DNA of 55,524 nt, the filler included, from Convolutriloba macropyga (lineage: Eukaryota), in the NCBI RefSeq assembly GCF_964194025.1. It is 2 parts of 2 records of this genome, joined end to end, with 100 filler letters (N's around TTAATTAATTAA, not from the genome) between each part and the next. Parts side by side here need not be neighbours in the genome. Positions count along the whole stretch, not along the records: positions 31,338 to 55,524 come from NC_134473.1; 1 more part is not named here. One strand, given 5' to 3'. The translations under genes were made by a program, and so were the position numbers. The notes under the pieces were generated by a model. The model was not told the DNA's origin. It saw only the letters and a list, made by a program, of their open reading frames with translations, and ran no database searches. Positions 36,350-48,355 of this stretch are shown here, in pieces (positions within the stretch are counted from its first letter, which is position 1; each line of letters starts with the position of its first letter).

Positions 36350-39300
36350 CAACTAAACCATTATAATAGCCATCAAACGAAAGTAGTTTTCTTGTCAATT
36401 TAGTTATTCTTTTCAGAACTTTTTTCCACATATTGAATCACATTTATAAGCATATGATGTAAATCCTAAAACAAAAAAAATATCAATCCAAATAATTTTG
36501 AGGAGTTTCGTTTTTAAATTTTCCGACAACTTTCTCATTCGTTTTTATCATAAAGTTCGTTTTTATCAAAATTATTAAAATCAAAAATATTTTCAAAATT
36601 TTTCAAATAATAAATGACATTTTGTGCTTTGATAATTCGAATGAAAGAATCGCAATCTATATAATGTATCTGCAATTTATCAATACCAATATAAGTTTCA
36701 ATTTTCTCACAATAAGTTTCATACATCAACAATTTAGATAACTCTAAAAACGAAAATCACGAGGAATTTTGCTGATCAAACATTACTTCTCTTTGGTTGA
36801 ATGTAGAAATTTTAAAATCTTCCTATGACTTGCTTCTATTAAAGTTTAATTCGCTTCGCCATCAGATTTGTTTGTCATCTTCGTCAGCTGAGAATTTTAC
36901 TTTTAAAATAATCCTAACGTTTTCTATAGCTTTTCTGGAAAATTCAGTATTCGAAAGCTTGTAGAAATGATTTTCAAATCAATTTCTGCTTTCTATCTTT
37001 TGGCTGTGTTTCCTTCTATATACTTGTTCAACCACGCCTTTTGTTTGAATCTCTTAACAGCATGAAACGCAAAAGCTTCAACCATGATTCGGTGTATAAC
37101 TTAAAATGTCAACATTCTATATTGAACTAAATAATTTTTCGGATCAATTCAATCGGAAATCAATTTATTTTGAGATCTTTGGATTTTGGGTATATTGTTT
37201 TTTTATGAAATTTGAAAGTTCCTTCAATTCAACTTTCATATTCTGAGGACAGAATGGAATTTTTTGTTTTACTTTCCATTTTATGGGAATACTTGAAATA
37301 GACCTCTACAATACAATCAATTTCAATACAAACACTGGTTTCAGGGATTTTATCCAATGAAAGAGAACTGTTAAAGCTAATCGCATTATTAGGAAAAGGC
37401 TGAATCATGAAAAATTGCCCAACAATAGAAATTGTTTACGTCATAATAAAGTGCTTTAGTTTTTCATCAGATTTGACATATCTATTACCCATTACAGAAT
37501 TATTACCACTAGGAATTTTTTTCTGTGAGTTGAAACAACTTTTTGTTTTGTATGTTTTCAAGTTCAATCCCAGTAGATTTTATTCCGCATTGCCCAGTAA
37601 AACCAGGTAAAAAACAAAATGATTTCGATTGTTTCCGTATTCCTCAATTGCTACCTAAATAAAACTTTCAAAAACTTCAGCTAAAAATTTTACGTCAGAT
37701 TCTAAATATAACAATGTTACTTCTTTACTATTTTGAATGTGGGGTTCATCAATGGTATCAAAAATTATCTTTATAATCAAACATAATAATCAAATGATTG
37801 AAAAAAAAAATAATATGGATATGATTGTTTTCTCGCAAATATGTCCAATGACAAAGAAAACGACTCTTATTCGAAAAATGCTCTGTGTTTTGTTTTTTTT
37901 TGCTATTTCCTTACTAGATAATATATCTGCCTTATTCAGATTTGTAATTAGAGTATCAAGACCAGCTTGTCAAAACCTATGTGAATCTATGAACTTCAAA
38001 AAACCATAGGACATTGAAATAAAAATCTCCCCAGTCTTTGGATAAACGTTGAATTTAACATTACTTTCTTTATTTTAAACTAAAGTTATTAAAGTAAATG
38101 TGAATCAAAATTACATAAGTTATGAAAAATTACACGAAATTACACAAAACGAAAACCATCTTAATGAGCAGCAGCGCGATAATTACTTGTTGAACGGCAA
38201 TGATCTCTAACTTTTAAACTAATAAAAGTAAATTTTGGTTTACTTAACCAAGATTGATCACTATTTTGAAAAAGATTTTCAGTTTTGGTAGTCATTTTCA
38301 ATTTTCAATTTCAAAAGTGGATATTAATTTTATTTTCGAAATTTATCGTAACAAACTAATCAACTTTTGAAGGATCGGAAATTGAATTATAACCAGATTC
38401 TTAACTTCTGGCAACTCGGATTTTATGTAATAAGCCTTATAAAGAGGAACTTGACGGAAAAAATTACTTGCACTTTCACCATATGCTTCTTTCATTTATT
38501 TCGTTTAAACATTCAAAGTATGCATAAACTCTAAATTTTAATAAAATTCGTTGATGAATTTTCGACCATCTGATATGAGTGTCTTGACGAAAGTTACGAA
38601 AATTTCAATTCCTAAACATAATGCTTTATGATTTTCCAAAAAACTTCTCTTCGCAAAAAGAAGTTCAACATTTTGATTACACATCTGTCCTATCACTGTT
38701 GCCTAGACGTTTTTTCGTTATCAAACGTATTTTTCAAATCAAAGATTTATAATTTTCATAAAATAATAGATCAGTTGGCTCTTTATTTTATATATTCAAT
38801 ATATGTATTTTTAGTTTACAGTTTTTTTCGTCGCCGGTAAAAAAATTAAGCATTTCAAATTTGTTTTTTAACATGTTTAGAGGTAGACTTATCTATTTTC
38901 TCACTATTAAAGGCTTCAGATGCTTTTCAAGGTTGTTTTTCATTTCCATGTTCATTATTTTTATATATCTCCTTACTAGTAATTACTTCACATGTCTGTC
39001 TATTCTGTCTCTCTTCATTATGTCCAATAGTTTTAGATTTTTTCACTGATAAATATTTCACATGGTTGTCTTGGTCGTTTTTCATCATCAAGTCGAATAA
39101 ACTTATTGGATATATAAAGACGTAAAAGTTGGAAACCTTTGTTGTTTTGTTATACTGAAACTCATAAAGATCGATAGTTTTGTCATTTAGGACTTCTAGC
39201 ACTTTTACATCAAGTCTAAAACCCTCATCAAAATTGATGTCCCCATTTTTTCGTCTAAGTTCATAGCTTGATGGTATATTTTTCACCAGGAAAAAAGTGC

Positions 39301-39610
39301 CAAAATTGACCATAACGCACAGTAATTTTCCCGATTTGTTATATTCAGAACTGACCCAAGTTTTACAGAGAATTTCTTTTAAGTTCCTCTTGATAAGGTC
39401 TGTATCTTGTAAAGATATGATATCAAAGAATTAAGACCAACAAAATTCCACCGAAAACTTCTCAGTTCTAGGTTTTCAATTTGTGATTGTAAAAGAATTT
39501 CAACAGTTAGATTGTTCAAATCAATTGTTGTTCTAAAATGATTTATCTTCAAATGTATATAAAAATTTAGATCCCTTTTCTCTTTTCTCAATTTTAGAAT
39601 CAAAAAGATT
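36350..39610 (-). pseudogene. Protein-primed family B DNA polymerase (pPolB) remnant
   Basis: YAYFEC (ExoI-like); RDHC..AAH; FHNLCNFDSH (ExoII); YLESDVKFLAEVFE; GNRYVKSDE..MIQPFP (region of motif A); FYKLSN..KAIENVR (motif B); HYIDCDSF (motif C, YxDTDS); NEKVVGKFK.ETP. Confidence 0.85.
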
Positions 39611-42509
39611 TTGCACTTTTAAGTTTGGTTGAGCAATTAAAACCGATCATTCGTGGAAGTCCCTTTTACTATTAGATTATTATCATTGATTGAATTTGAG
39701 GAGTAATTTGGAGCTGTTATGATTAGTATCATGACTATCCAAACTAATATGATAAGTTTTCAGTGAAAAGAAATATGGATTTATCATGTCGTTTGCTATC
39801 AATTCGTACTTTTTGGAATGGTTTCTACGCAATACATTCATTGATAATTGACTTAGGGCTTGAACAATTTTTATCATTGTTCTTAAAAGATTTTTTCTAT
39901 GTTGAAAACTATTTAAGTGTTTGTCACATGAATTTTCAAAAAAACTTTTTCGCATAATTCACATCTTTGTTTTACATTATCTTTTGATTTTTTTAAAATG
40001 TTTCAGAGTTCTTAATTTTTTCTTCGTGACGAGATTGTGAAATATTAACTTTACAAGGATCACAGCTTATTCTTTGTCTAACAACTGGAATATTTTTAAG
40101 GAGTTCTTGATCTTAAATGATTGTTATAATCGACAAAATCAACAACATTTTTGCAAATGTCAAACCTTATTTTAACACCCGCCTTCAATAAATGATTTTT
40201 TTCGATTATCTTGATTTTTTCCCCGATTATCTTGAGGCACTCTTCTTCATTGTCATATTTTTTTTGTAGTCCTTATCTGTCTTCCAATCTATTTCTTCTG
40301 TTCTTTTCTCTAATTTGTTTAATTTTATTAATATTTATAATTTTCATTAAGTAATAACTTTTTCTTACTGTTATTCCACTTTTGTTATAGTTTATGATAA
40401 GTTAAAACAGAGCCAGGACTGGAAAACTGAATAACAAAGCTGCAGCATCTTGGTGGCAAACTTTTTAGTTATTTTAATTAATCATAATATTATTATTTTG
40501 TTTAATAGTAAGCAAAACTTAGACTGATCACAGTTTTTCCACCGATCTCAAATATATTGGGAAAAAGTTTTTATGTCAGCTACAATTCTTGTTTTAGTGT
40601 TTATAAAACATTTAACTCCATTTGATTTGTGTATATTAAATTTTTTTAAGGAAAAAAATGTAAATTTTTTGGCAGCTTTTGTTGATTATTTATGTTCAAT
40701 TCGTTTTCCTTTGTATAAAAAGTATGTTATATATTTTTTGATATTTTGAAAAAAACGGGTTTTTTGTTTTCGAGATTGTTTTGCAAGGTTTTGCGTGCTC
40801 TTCACACGGTCTCAGTAGTTAGACGATGACGGGGATACCTTGGTTAAAACCGAAACGCAAACCTTCCTTCTTCCAACGCAGCAAAACCTGTCTCAGTGTA
40901 TTGTGCGAAGTGAGACAGGATCTTTGAACTTTAATTCACTCATAATTGCTATGTCAAGTATGTTTTGATTATTTTTGTTATTGGTAATTTATTTTATTGG
41001 TGAGCTTGTGATTAAAAACTGGGTGTGGAACCATTGAGTTAATCTGATATTAGATTGATTTATTTAGTGTGGATTATTACTATTTTGATACAGCGTCCCT
41101 TTCCAGCATGCTGCCAATTTTGGAAAGAATCTGGAAAATGAATTGTATAGCCACTTAAATGCCTATTTGTGAAGATATTTAATTGCAATTTAATTCAGAG
41201 CTTTTGTGAATTGAGTTCTAGGAAAAATAGACAAGTTAAGAGGTAAATCTATTGAGTCTCAAGTCAAATATGTCAAAATTTTTTGTTATGTATGAAGCGG
41301 AATAAAAAGGATCATCGTTTGCCATTGGCACGTTTTTTTCCATAGGAGCAATGAGATATCTTTATGGAAGTAAGCCTTATTTCTTTCCCCTTGAACTTTA
41401 TAAAACAACCTCGTTGAATAATGGACAAAAATAATGATGTTTGCAAATTAAAATGCTCAGTGATGCTAAACGCTTGAAACAAAAAAACTCTGTTATCTTT
41501 TATCAATATAATCTTCCGTCCTAGCCTCTTCTTGAATACCAAATCATATAAACGCCTTTTTTAAATCATATCCCTTGCAGTTTAAATTTTATTACCTTTT
41601 TTTTATCAAAGCTGGACAAAATCTTCTAAAGTCGCAATATTTTGTTATATTTGAATAAAATATTCGAATAAGTTTCCTTAATTTTGATCTTTTTATATTA
41701 ATCATTTTTTTGTTATCCTCTGCAAAATAAGTTTTCATAATTAAAGATTATCTATGGATCCACCTTTATGTGGACTGACCAAAATCTTATGTTTGCGGGT
41801 GTTTTGCCCAATGGAGATTTACAATTCTGTTTGCTGTAGCATTTGTATGAATTGTCATTTCGTGATATCGTAAATAGAAGAGTTTAATCTATTTATCTTC
41901 TCTTTCTCCCAAATTAGATTATCTTTTTCTTCAATTTCTCTAAGTTCACCCTGTGGGGCGTCTTAGTCGTTCAAAACTAATTATTTATCACAGAGATGTC
42001 TTTGATTTCAACAAGAACAAAATTTTTGTTCTAGTTGGTTTCAATTTGTGATATTTTTTCTTTTTGTCTAATAAATTCTCTCAAAAATTTTTTTTTCTTC
42101 GGAAATTAGAAGATATGATATAATTTCTTTTTTGCATTTTTTTTGTTGTTTTTTGCATTTCCCCCAGCTGTAGCAACGGTATCAATAGTGATTTCTTACA
42201 GAGATTTGGTTGGAATCGACAAAATGGGAGAAGAGTGGCGACTTTTAGAGTAAAGCCGTTTTTGATAAGAAAAACAGTTTTGTGTGTTTAGTTTACTGTT
42301 CTTGCTACAAAACTTAGTTGTTCCTCAAAAAAAGATTCATAACTTTTTTTTACTAGTTTCTGAATGTTAATGATGTTTCTTTAAGGTGTTTTTAGGTTTT
42401 TACGTGTCAGTCCTGTGTAAAGTGTGTAATGTGTATATACCGAGCTTGCACTCACTTAAAATTTTTATTATTCTGGGAAAAGTAGGCTCAATCGTTGGTT
42501 AATAAACTA

Positions 42510-42856
42510 ACGGGAGCTGAAATTTCCGCCAGTTCTTGATAATTCTTGATAATTTTTCAATAATTCTGGATAACTCTTAGTAAATCTTGATAATTCTTGC
42601 TTAATCATATGACTTCGTGCTAAATCTTGTTTAAAGGAGCTTTTCAATTTTTAGCATTTGGTTTATCTTGTCGAGTCATGGTTAATCTTTCCTGGTTATC
42701 TAGCCGAGATCCTGTTTCTTGACGGCCATGCAAAGATCATGCAAGTTTGTACAAATCTTGATATTTTTATGGTAAATACCATGTCAAGATCTTGGCACGA
42801 TTTACCGAGATTTAGTATTTTTTTATCAAGGTGTACCAAGTTTCAGTTCACAGGGA
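42510..42856. repeat. Probable non-autonomous DNA-transposon-like repeat rich in CAAGATCTTG/TTCTTGATAA motifs
   Basis: Internal 10-bp repeats at 42533-42600. Weak terminal similarity (gggagctgaaa ... tttcagttcacaggg). Confidence 0.35.
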
Positions 42857-44895
42857 TAAAAAAATCTTGAGAAATGACTATTTAAGCGTTTGCGTTTGTC
42901 ATCGAGCATAATTTTTGAGCAAATTAATAAAATTAATTACGATTACGAAAATTAATTTTTTTTTGCTATTGCATGAGGTCGTTGAGCAAACGCAAGATCT
43001 AATAATTCGCTTTTATGCAGAAAACAATTAAATTTCAACTACCTGTCATTTCTTCATATTGAAGTTCAATTAAACCTTAATCAAAAGTAGGCCAAAAAAT
43101 TTGAAAAATTATCATTTTTCGATGAAAAATGATAATTCGAATAGTTCTGTTTTTCAACGAGAATAGACGTCATGCAAAATAATCTTTTGTAGCTGGTTTT
43201 TGCTTTGTCCCTTAATTTTTCAACTTCTGTTTTGTTCTGACAGACAGTTTTTGCTAAACAAAATAATTAGCATTTCCTCTATAAGTTTCCAAAAATTGTT
43301 TCCTTTTCATAATTCAGTTTGAAAAACCCATCAGCTTTATCAATGTTCAAACCTTGAAAAAATTATACGCAAACGCAAATTATGCAAGCTTCGTTTCATT
43401 TTCAGTGAAAATTCTGTATCCGTGATGTCAACAATCTCCAGCTTGCTTTAAATCTTCGTTTAACTCTGATCAAGAGACTTCAAAGAACCCATATCGACAG
43501 TTTTTCAACAAAAATTCCGAACTTTTAAATTTCATTCGTAATTTTATCTCTAAGCAAAATATCTTGACGAATTTTGGCGTATTTTTTCAATTGTCTTTTT
43601 GGACCACATTTTTTGATCCATGAAAATTCTGAAAAAATTGAAAAACAGTTGCTTGTAATAATTTAGGATGCTCGTTCAGTGCATACTATTTTGATCATGT
43701 CTCACGCTTCGAATGAATTACTTTTCAGTCATATAAAAGTTTTCTAGTTGAATATCAAGAACCAGTCGTTCCAGTTCCAAAGTATTACTATAATTACCAT
43801 CTCTCGGGTGCTTCATTTACCACTGAATTTTTAACCTGCTATTAAAAAAAAACAGGAAAAATTAGTCACGTTCTTTTTGGTTTTTTTGCGGAAGTCATTC
43901 TCAAAATACGAAGAATGGTCAATTGAATGGGATATTTTTTTCTTCAGAAAATTTTTTGTGCTTTTTAGGAGAACCAATGTCATCCGGACGTACATTTTTG
44001 CAAGAAAAATATATCGGTCATATTTGCGTCTAAAGATACTTAATTTTTGTTGCAAAGACTGACAAATTCTAAGAGATGTTATTTTCAGGAAATAAGCACG
44101 GTAAATTGTAAAAATAAATTTTCCGTAAAAAAGTAAATTATACAAGTAACTTTCTCCTCAAACTTTTTTTTGCCGGTAAATTGTGCAGAAAGCAAATTGA
44201 ACTGTATAAATTTGCACGTTATTAAGATTTAAAGCAGAGTCAATGCTAATCTATGAAAAAAATTCGGAAGGTTTTATTAGGAGACGTAAAATTTTTGATG
44301 AAGTTTAAAATTAAAACACATCTGCCCATTTCGTTTTTGAGCAATAATTTGAAGTTTAGTGAACAATCAAATAACATAGCTGGCCGGTTGCCAAAAAAAG
44401 CTGCAATAGCTTCGTAGATCTGCAGTCTGAAAAAGATAGTAAAAGAAACGGACAAAAAAATTCTTTTTTTAAATGCTGAGATATTAATTTTGATTGAGAT
44501 TCTGTGCAACTTATTCCTGCTTCGATTAGCTGCTGTCAAATAACTTTCAGGTTAAGTGACACACACCCCACTCACCTGACCTTATCTCTTCGAATCAATG
44601 CGAAGAGAAGTCAAATTCAGAGTGAGGAAGTCTTTTTGAGAGTGAGGTCAGTCACGTGTGACCAAAAAGTCAATCATGCAAATGAACAAAACAAATTGCT
44701 AGACTAAGAGTGAAAAATGACGTCACGCACGCAAATCAGTTGAAATTGAATGAACGAATGAGCGAAAAGCAGATTTGAAGCGGTTTTGACGTCATATGGT
44801 CGTAACAAAAATCTTGACGACGAAATAAAAAATATACCAGGACAACTACTCAACTACAGTTCAAAAAATTTCATCGACTAAATAAAAAACTAGAC

Positions 44896-47800
44896 CTAGA
44901 ATGGACTATGGCTGGATTGGGAAAACCGTTCAATCGAAGCGAAAATTCCGCAAGTGAACAAAAAACCACTAGCAAGAAAGCTTCCACCTCTTTCTGCGTG
45001 ACCAAAATCACCACTCCAATTTGGTTTCAAAAATCGTGAAAATGTGTGAACAGATCTAAAAAAAAGACCATGCCCCAATACAATTCAAATTCTTTCAATT
45101 GTGAAAAACCAACAAAAGGCCAATAATGGTGCAGCTTTCGCTGTGCGGTTATTAAAAACCAAGAGAAGGCCAATAATAGCGCCAGCTATTGCTGTGTGGC
45201 TATTAGTAAAAAAATCATCTTACTTTCTTATCACTTTTTCATAGCTAGCCAGGTCACATGTTCCTTCACAAATGGCCCACTCTGATGTGATCAGGTCGAA
45301 AAGTTTTCCCGATGTCTCAAGCTGCTCGAATCCTTTCCCATTTTTGTCACACATGTCCACGAAGGAAACTTGCTTGCATTTCCTCCTAAATGATTCAACT
45401 AGATCTGGGTTTCCGTACGCCCACTGTGTCCATTTCTTCCAGTCAAACACTTCGTCTGTTGCTTGGGTTCCCTGGGAAATTATTTTTTCCACATACCTCC
45501 TGTTAGTTTCCAAGAAGTCGCAGCACACGATTTCGGACACGTTGTCAAAACCAGAAGTGTACATCACGTTGCCTGAACAAATAAGCTAAAATTTTGTTTG
45601 TATATTATAACACTAGTGCTTCTATTTTATGCAGTAGTGCATCTATTTTATGATGGTCCGAATTCTGTGCTGGTCATACTCTCCTCAGGTCCTCCACCCA
45701 TCAACAGTTTACAGGATCACTTTATAATAATTATTATCCAACTGCAACAAAAAAACGTTAAGAATTTGTACAGTCATTACAATGTTCAGCCGTTGATTGA
45801 CAAAATTCCGATTAGTTCTCAGTTTTGAAATCTTCAATAAAGAAAGATAAGCTGTTTTGGGAGCCAAGTCTTCAAATGATATTTCATTTCAATTCAGACT
45901 GTTAAAAGAGAATTTTAAAAGAGAATTTTAAAAACTCTCTTGATTTTATCATTGATTTGAGAAATTGAATTCTCGTAGAAAAGTTAATTCAGCTTTGTCG
46001 AGACGGCGACAATCTTTCTTTTTACCGCAACCTCCTCGAGCACATCTAAGCGTGTTTGTTGTCTATCTATAACACTAATATCTATCAAGCTATGTCTACA
46101 ATTTAGTCAGTATTTGTGATAGATATTCAATGATAAAAAAGCATCCTACAAATATGCGAGTATGAGAGGGAGCTGCGATTATCGATATTCCATCTGCCGC
46201 TTTCATTACGGCTAAGCTCCTACATTTCCCAGAAAGGGTTGAAACAGACTTGAGAATGAATTATGAACGACTTTCAGACCGAAGTGACCTCTGATCAGAC
46301 AACCCAGACCATTGTCCAGACTATTAAGACTATGATCAAACCTTTCAGACCAAAATGACCCCTGATCAGACCATCTCCAGACCATCGTCCAGACTGTAGT
46401 GCGCTCGAACTTCCGTCCAGACCCTGTAATTTCGGTCTGGGAACACACGGGTGTGCGCTCGACTGGGTGTGATCATAAAGCAATTTGGGTCTGGACCTCA
46501 ACCTGGGCAATGCTCAAAGGGCGGGATGTAAACAAAACTCATCTATGTTTCAAGTTGACTTTGGAATCCCAGTCTTTCTGGCCTGGTTTTAGCAGATGGT
46601 AAGAGAGTTTTTGATGAGGTAGGGTTTCGGAAGTCACTCAGTTTGTTTATGTCCCCAGTTTGTTTAAATTTTACGTTCAAAATTTATAGAAGATCGTTTG
46701 AGAGTATCGTTTTGCTCAAAGTTAACAACTCCTTATCAGTTCAATTCAAACTCGTGAAATGTTCCATTCGTGGGGAAAAATCAGTGTCATTTTATAAATT
46801 AGTACAGCTCTGAAAAATTAAAATATTCAATCCAACACACACAAGATATGATTTGTTTGATTTCCAACTTGACATCAAAATTGATCTATGATATCTTTAT
46901 CATACATCGAGGGAGCCAGAATTGAGTCATTTTTTCATTTACGGAAGAAATTTTAAAGTTTCTTCATTTTACCATTTAGTCAAATTTCCCTCATATTAGA
47001 TCCACGAAAGCAACAAATATATTTTTAGCTTAGTTGGAAAAAGTTTTCAACGTTTTTTTTTTCATTCAACCCAGGTAATAAGAATATGCAGTATCTGAGA
47101 TAACGTCCAATCAAACGTGCGCTTGAAATTAACTGTCCCGGATCGAGGTTTGGTGGTGAATTCTCGAAAGAAATGCGCTGAAATTCTGTGAAACAAAAAT
47201 AATTTTCACCGCGTACATATTTTTGCGGTGAATGCGGTGAATCGCGATTTTATTTATTTCCACCGGATTTAACGGAATTCTTACATAAAACGTCCGTACA
47301 CAGGTTTGACCTCTCACCTCCTGCATGTCTACAACTTCTTATTCCACTGCGCCATCTGTCACTTACTTCCTTGATATCTCTTGTGAATTTAAATCAGATC
47401 CAATAAACGTTATGAAAAGCAAATGCGGTGAATTTTTGTAAGAAATGCGGTGAATTTCGCGGTGAACTTTTGTAAGAAATGCAGTGAAGTGCGGTTAATT
47501 ATTTTTTTCACCACATTCACCCCATTTCTTACATTAATTTGTCACAAAAGTCGATGCGATGAACTTTTGTAGGAAATCTGGTGAATTTCGAGGTGAATTT
47601 TTGTAAGAAATGCGGTGCAATGCGGGGAACTATTTTTTATCATCGCATTCACCGCCATCACCGCATTTCTTACAAGAATTCAACCAAAGACCTCGATCCG
47701 GGGTGATTAGATTCAACATGCCCCAGCCTTGATCAGCTCACCCGCTTTTTTAACGTGAGCAACACCACTCCAGCACTGAGCTCGACTTAGGAAAAGACCG

Positions 47801-48355
47801 TCTTGGGCTGTTATTAGATATGAATAGACCGCTCTCGATACATATGCGAATGCGGAAATTGGCTCAATTTAAGACGTTGTCTTTGAATTAAACAGTCTCC
47901 ACGACTTACGGCTAACCTTTTTAACCAGATAGACTGACTAAAGTTTTTCATAAAGTCGAGATCCACTACCAGAGTGATTGATGAATTGAAAAACTTGCAG
48001 TCATTTTGAAAGCAATCTTAAAAATGAGCACATAAAGGTACCAAGATTCTTGCAAGCTTTTCGATTCACTTAAACTATAACTTGCAAATGAATCGAATTG
48101 TTGACACGATTTTAAATTCAATCATCACTATGGTAGTGGTTTTTATAAAAAATCAACTGTTTTCCAGACATTTTTGGTAGAATATTTACCACAGACCGGT
48201 CCAGTGGCGAGATCCAGAACTCTCACTGGCGATGGCATCCCAGTCAGAGCACTATGAATGCAGAACTTCATGCCTCTGATCTTGAATCTAATTGCCCGCA
48301 TAAACTCACAGTTGAGATCCCGATCTCCGATTGACCACGAAGGAAAAGGTCCATC
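44896..48355 (-). CDS. NNMT/PNMT/TEMT-family SAM-dependent methyltransferase, spliced: exons 48355-48190, 45572-45224 and 45055-44896 (ends uncertain)
   Basis: GT-AG introns with matching phases (0/1, 1/2, 2/stop). The joined frame reads ..VRVLDLATGPVC|GNVMY..EIVCCDFLETNR..FDWKKW..FRRKCKQVSFVDM..FDLITSEWAICEGTCDLASYEKVIRK|SVHTFSRFLKP..GGSFLASGFL, collinear with NNMT-type motifs. Confidence 0.8.
46270..46500. repeat. Dispersed repeat related to the 9085-9465 CAGACC repeat
   Basis: Exact 19-mer TCCAGACCCTGTAATTTCG at 9446-9464 and 46416-46434, plus multiple CAGACC and GCGCTCGA motifs. Confidence 0.65.
47137..47702. mobile_element. MITE / non-autonomous DNA transposon
   Basis: Perfect 13-bp terminal inverted repeat CCCGGATCGAGGT (47137-47149 and 47690-47702), extending imperfectly inward. 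Internal AAGAAATGCGGTGAATTT repeats occur in both orientations. Confidence 0.8.

Larger units (their letters stand above)
31950..40250. mobile_element. Second decayed Polinton/adintovirus-like element (pPolB, ATPase, capsid-like genes)
   Basis: PolB, ATPase and capsid-like remnants listed below. Their sequences are unlike those of the first Polinton module. Confidence 0.75.

Noticed and set aside
13791-40250. One complete Polinton made of the capsid/integrase module plus the pPolB at 36-40 kb
   Set aside because: The two are separated by an artificial spacer, and each side has its own dissimilar ATPase and capsid genes.
40815-40862. Hammerhead-ribozyme-like GATGA...CGAAAC
   Set aside because: The core CTGATGA is imperfect and I could not form convincing stems. 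An Infernal search would settle it.
41300-42260. Possible LINE ORF1 or other decayed coding remnant on the minus strand
   Set aside because: No motif could be recovered with confidence.
44646-44794. Two TGACGTCA (CRE) palindromes and a CACGTG box as a promoter
   Set aside because: Short motifs with no identified downstream gene or transcript evidence.
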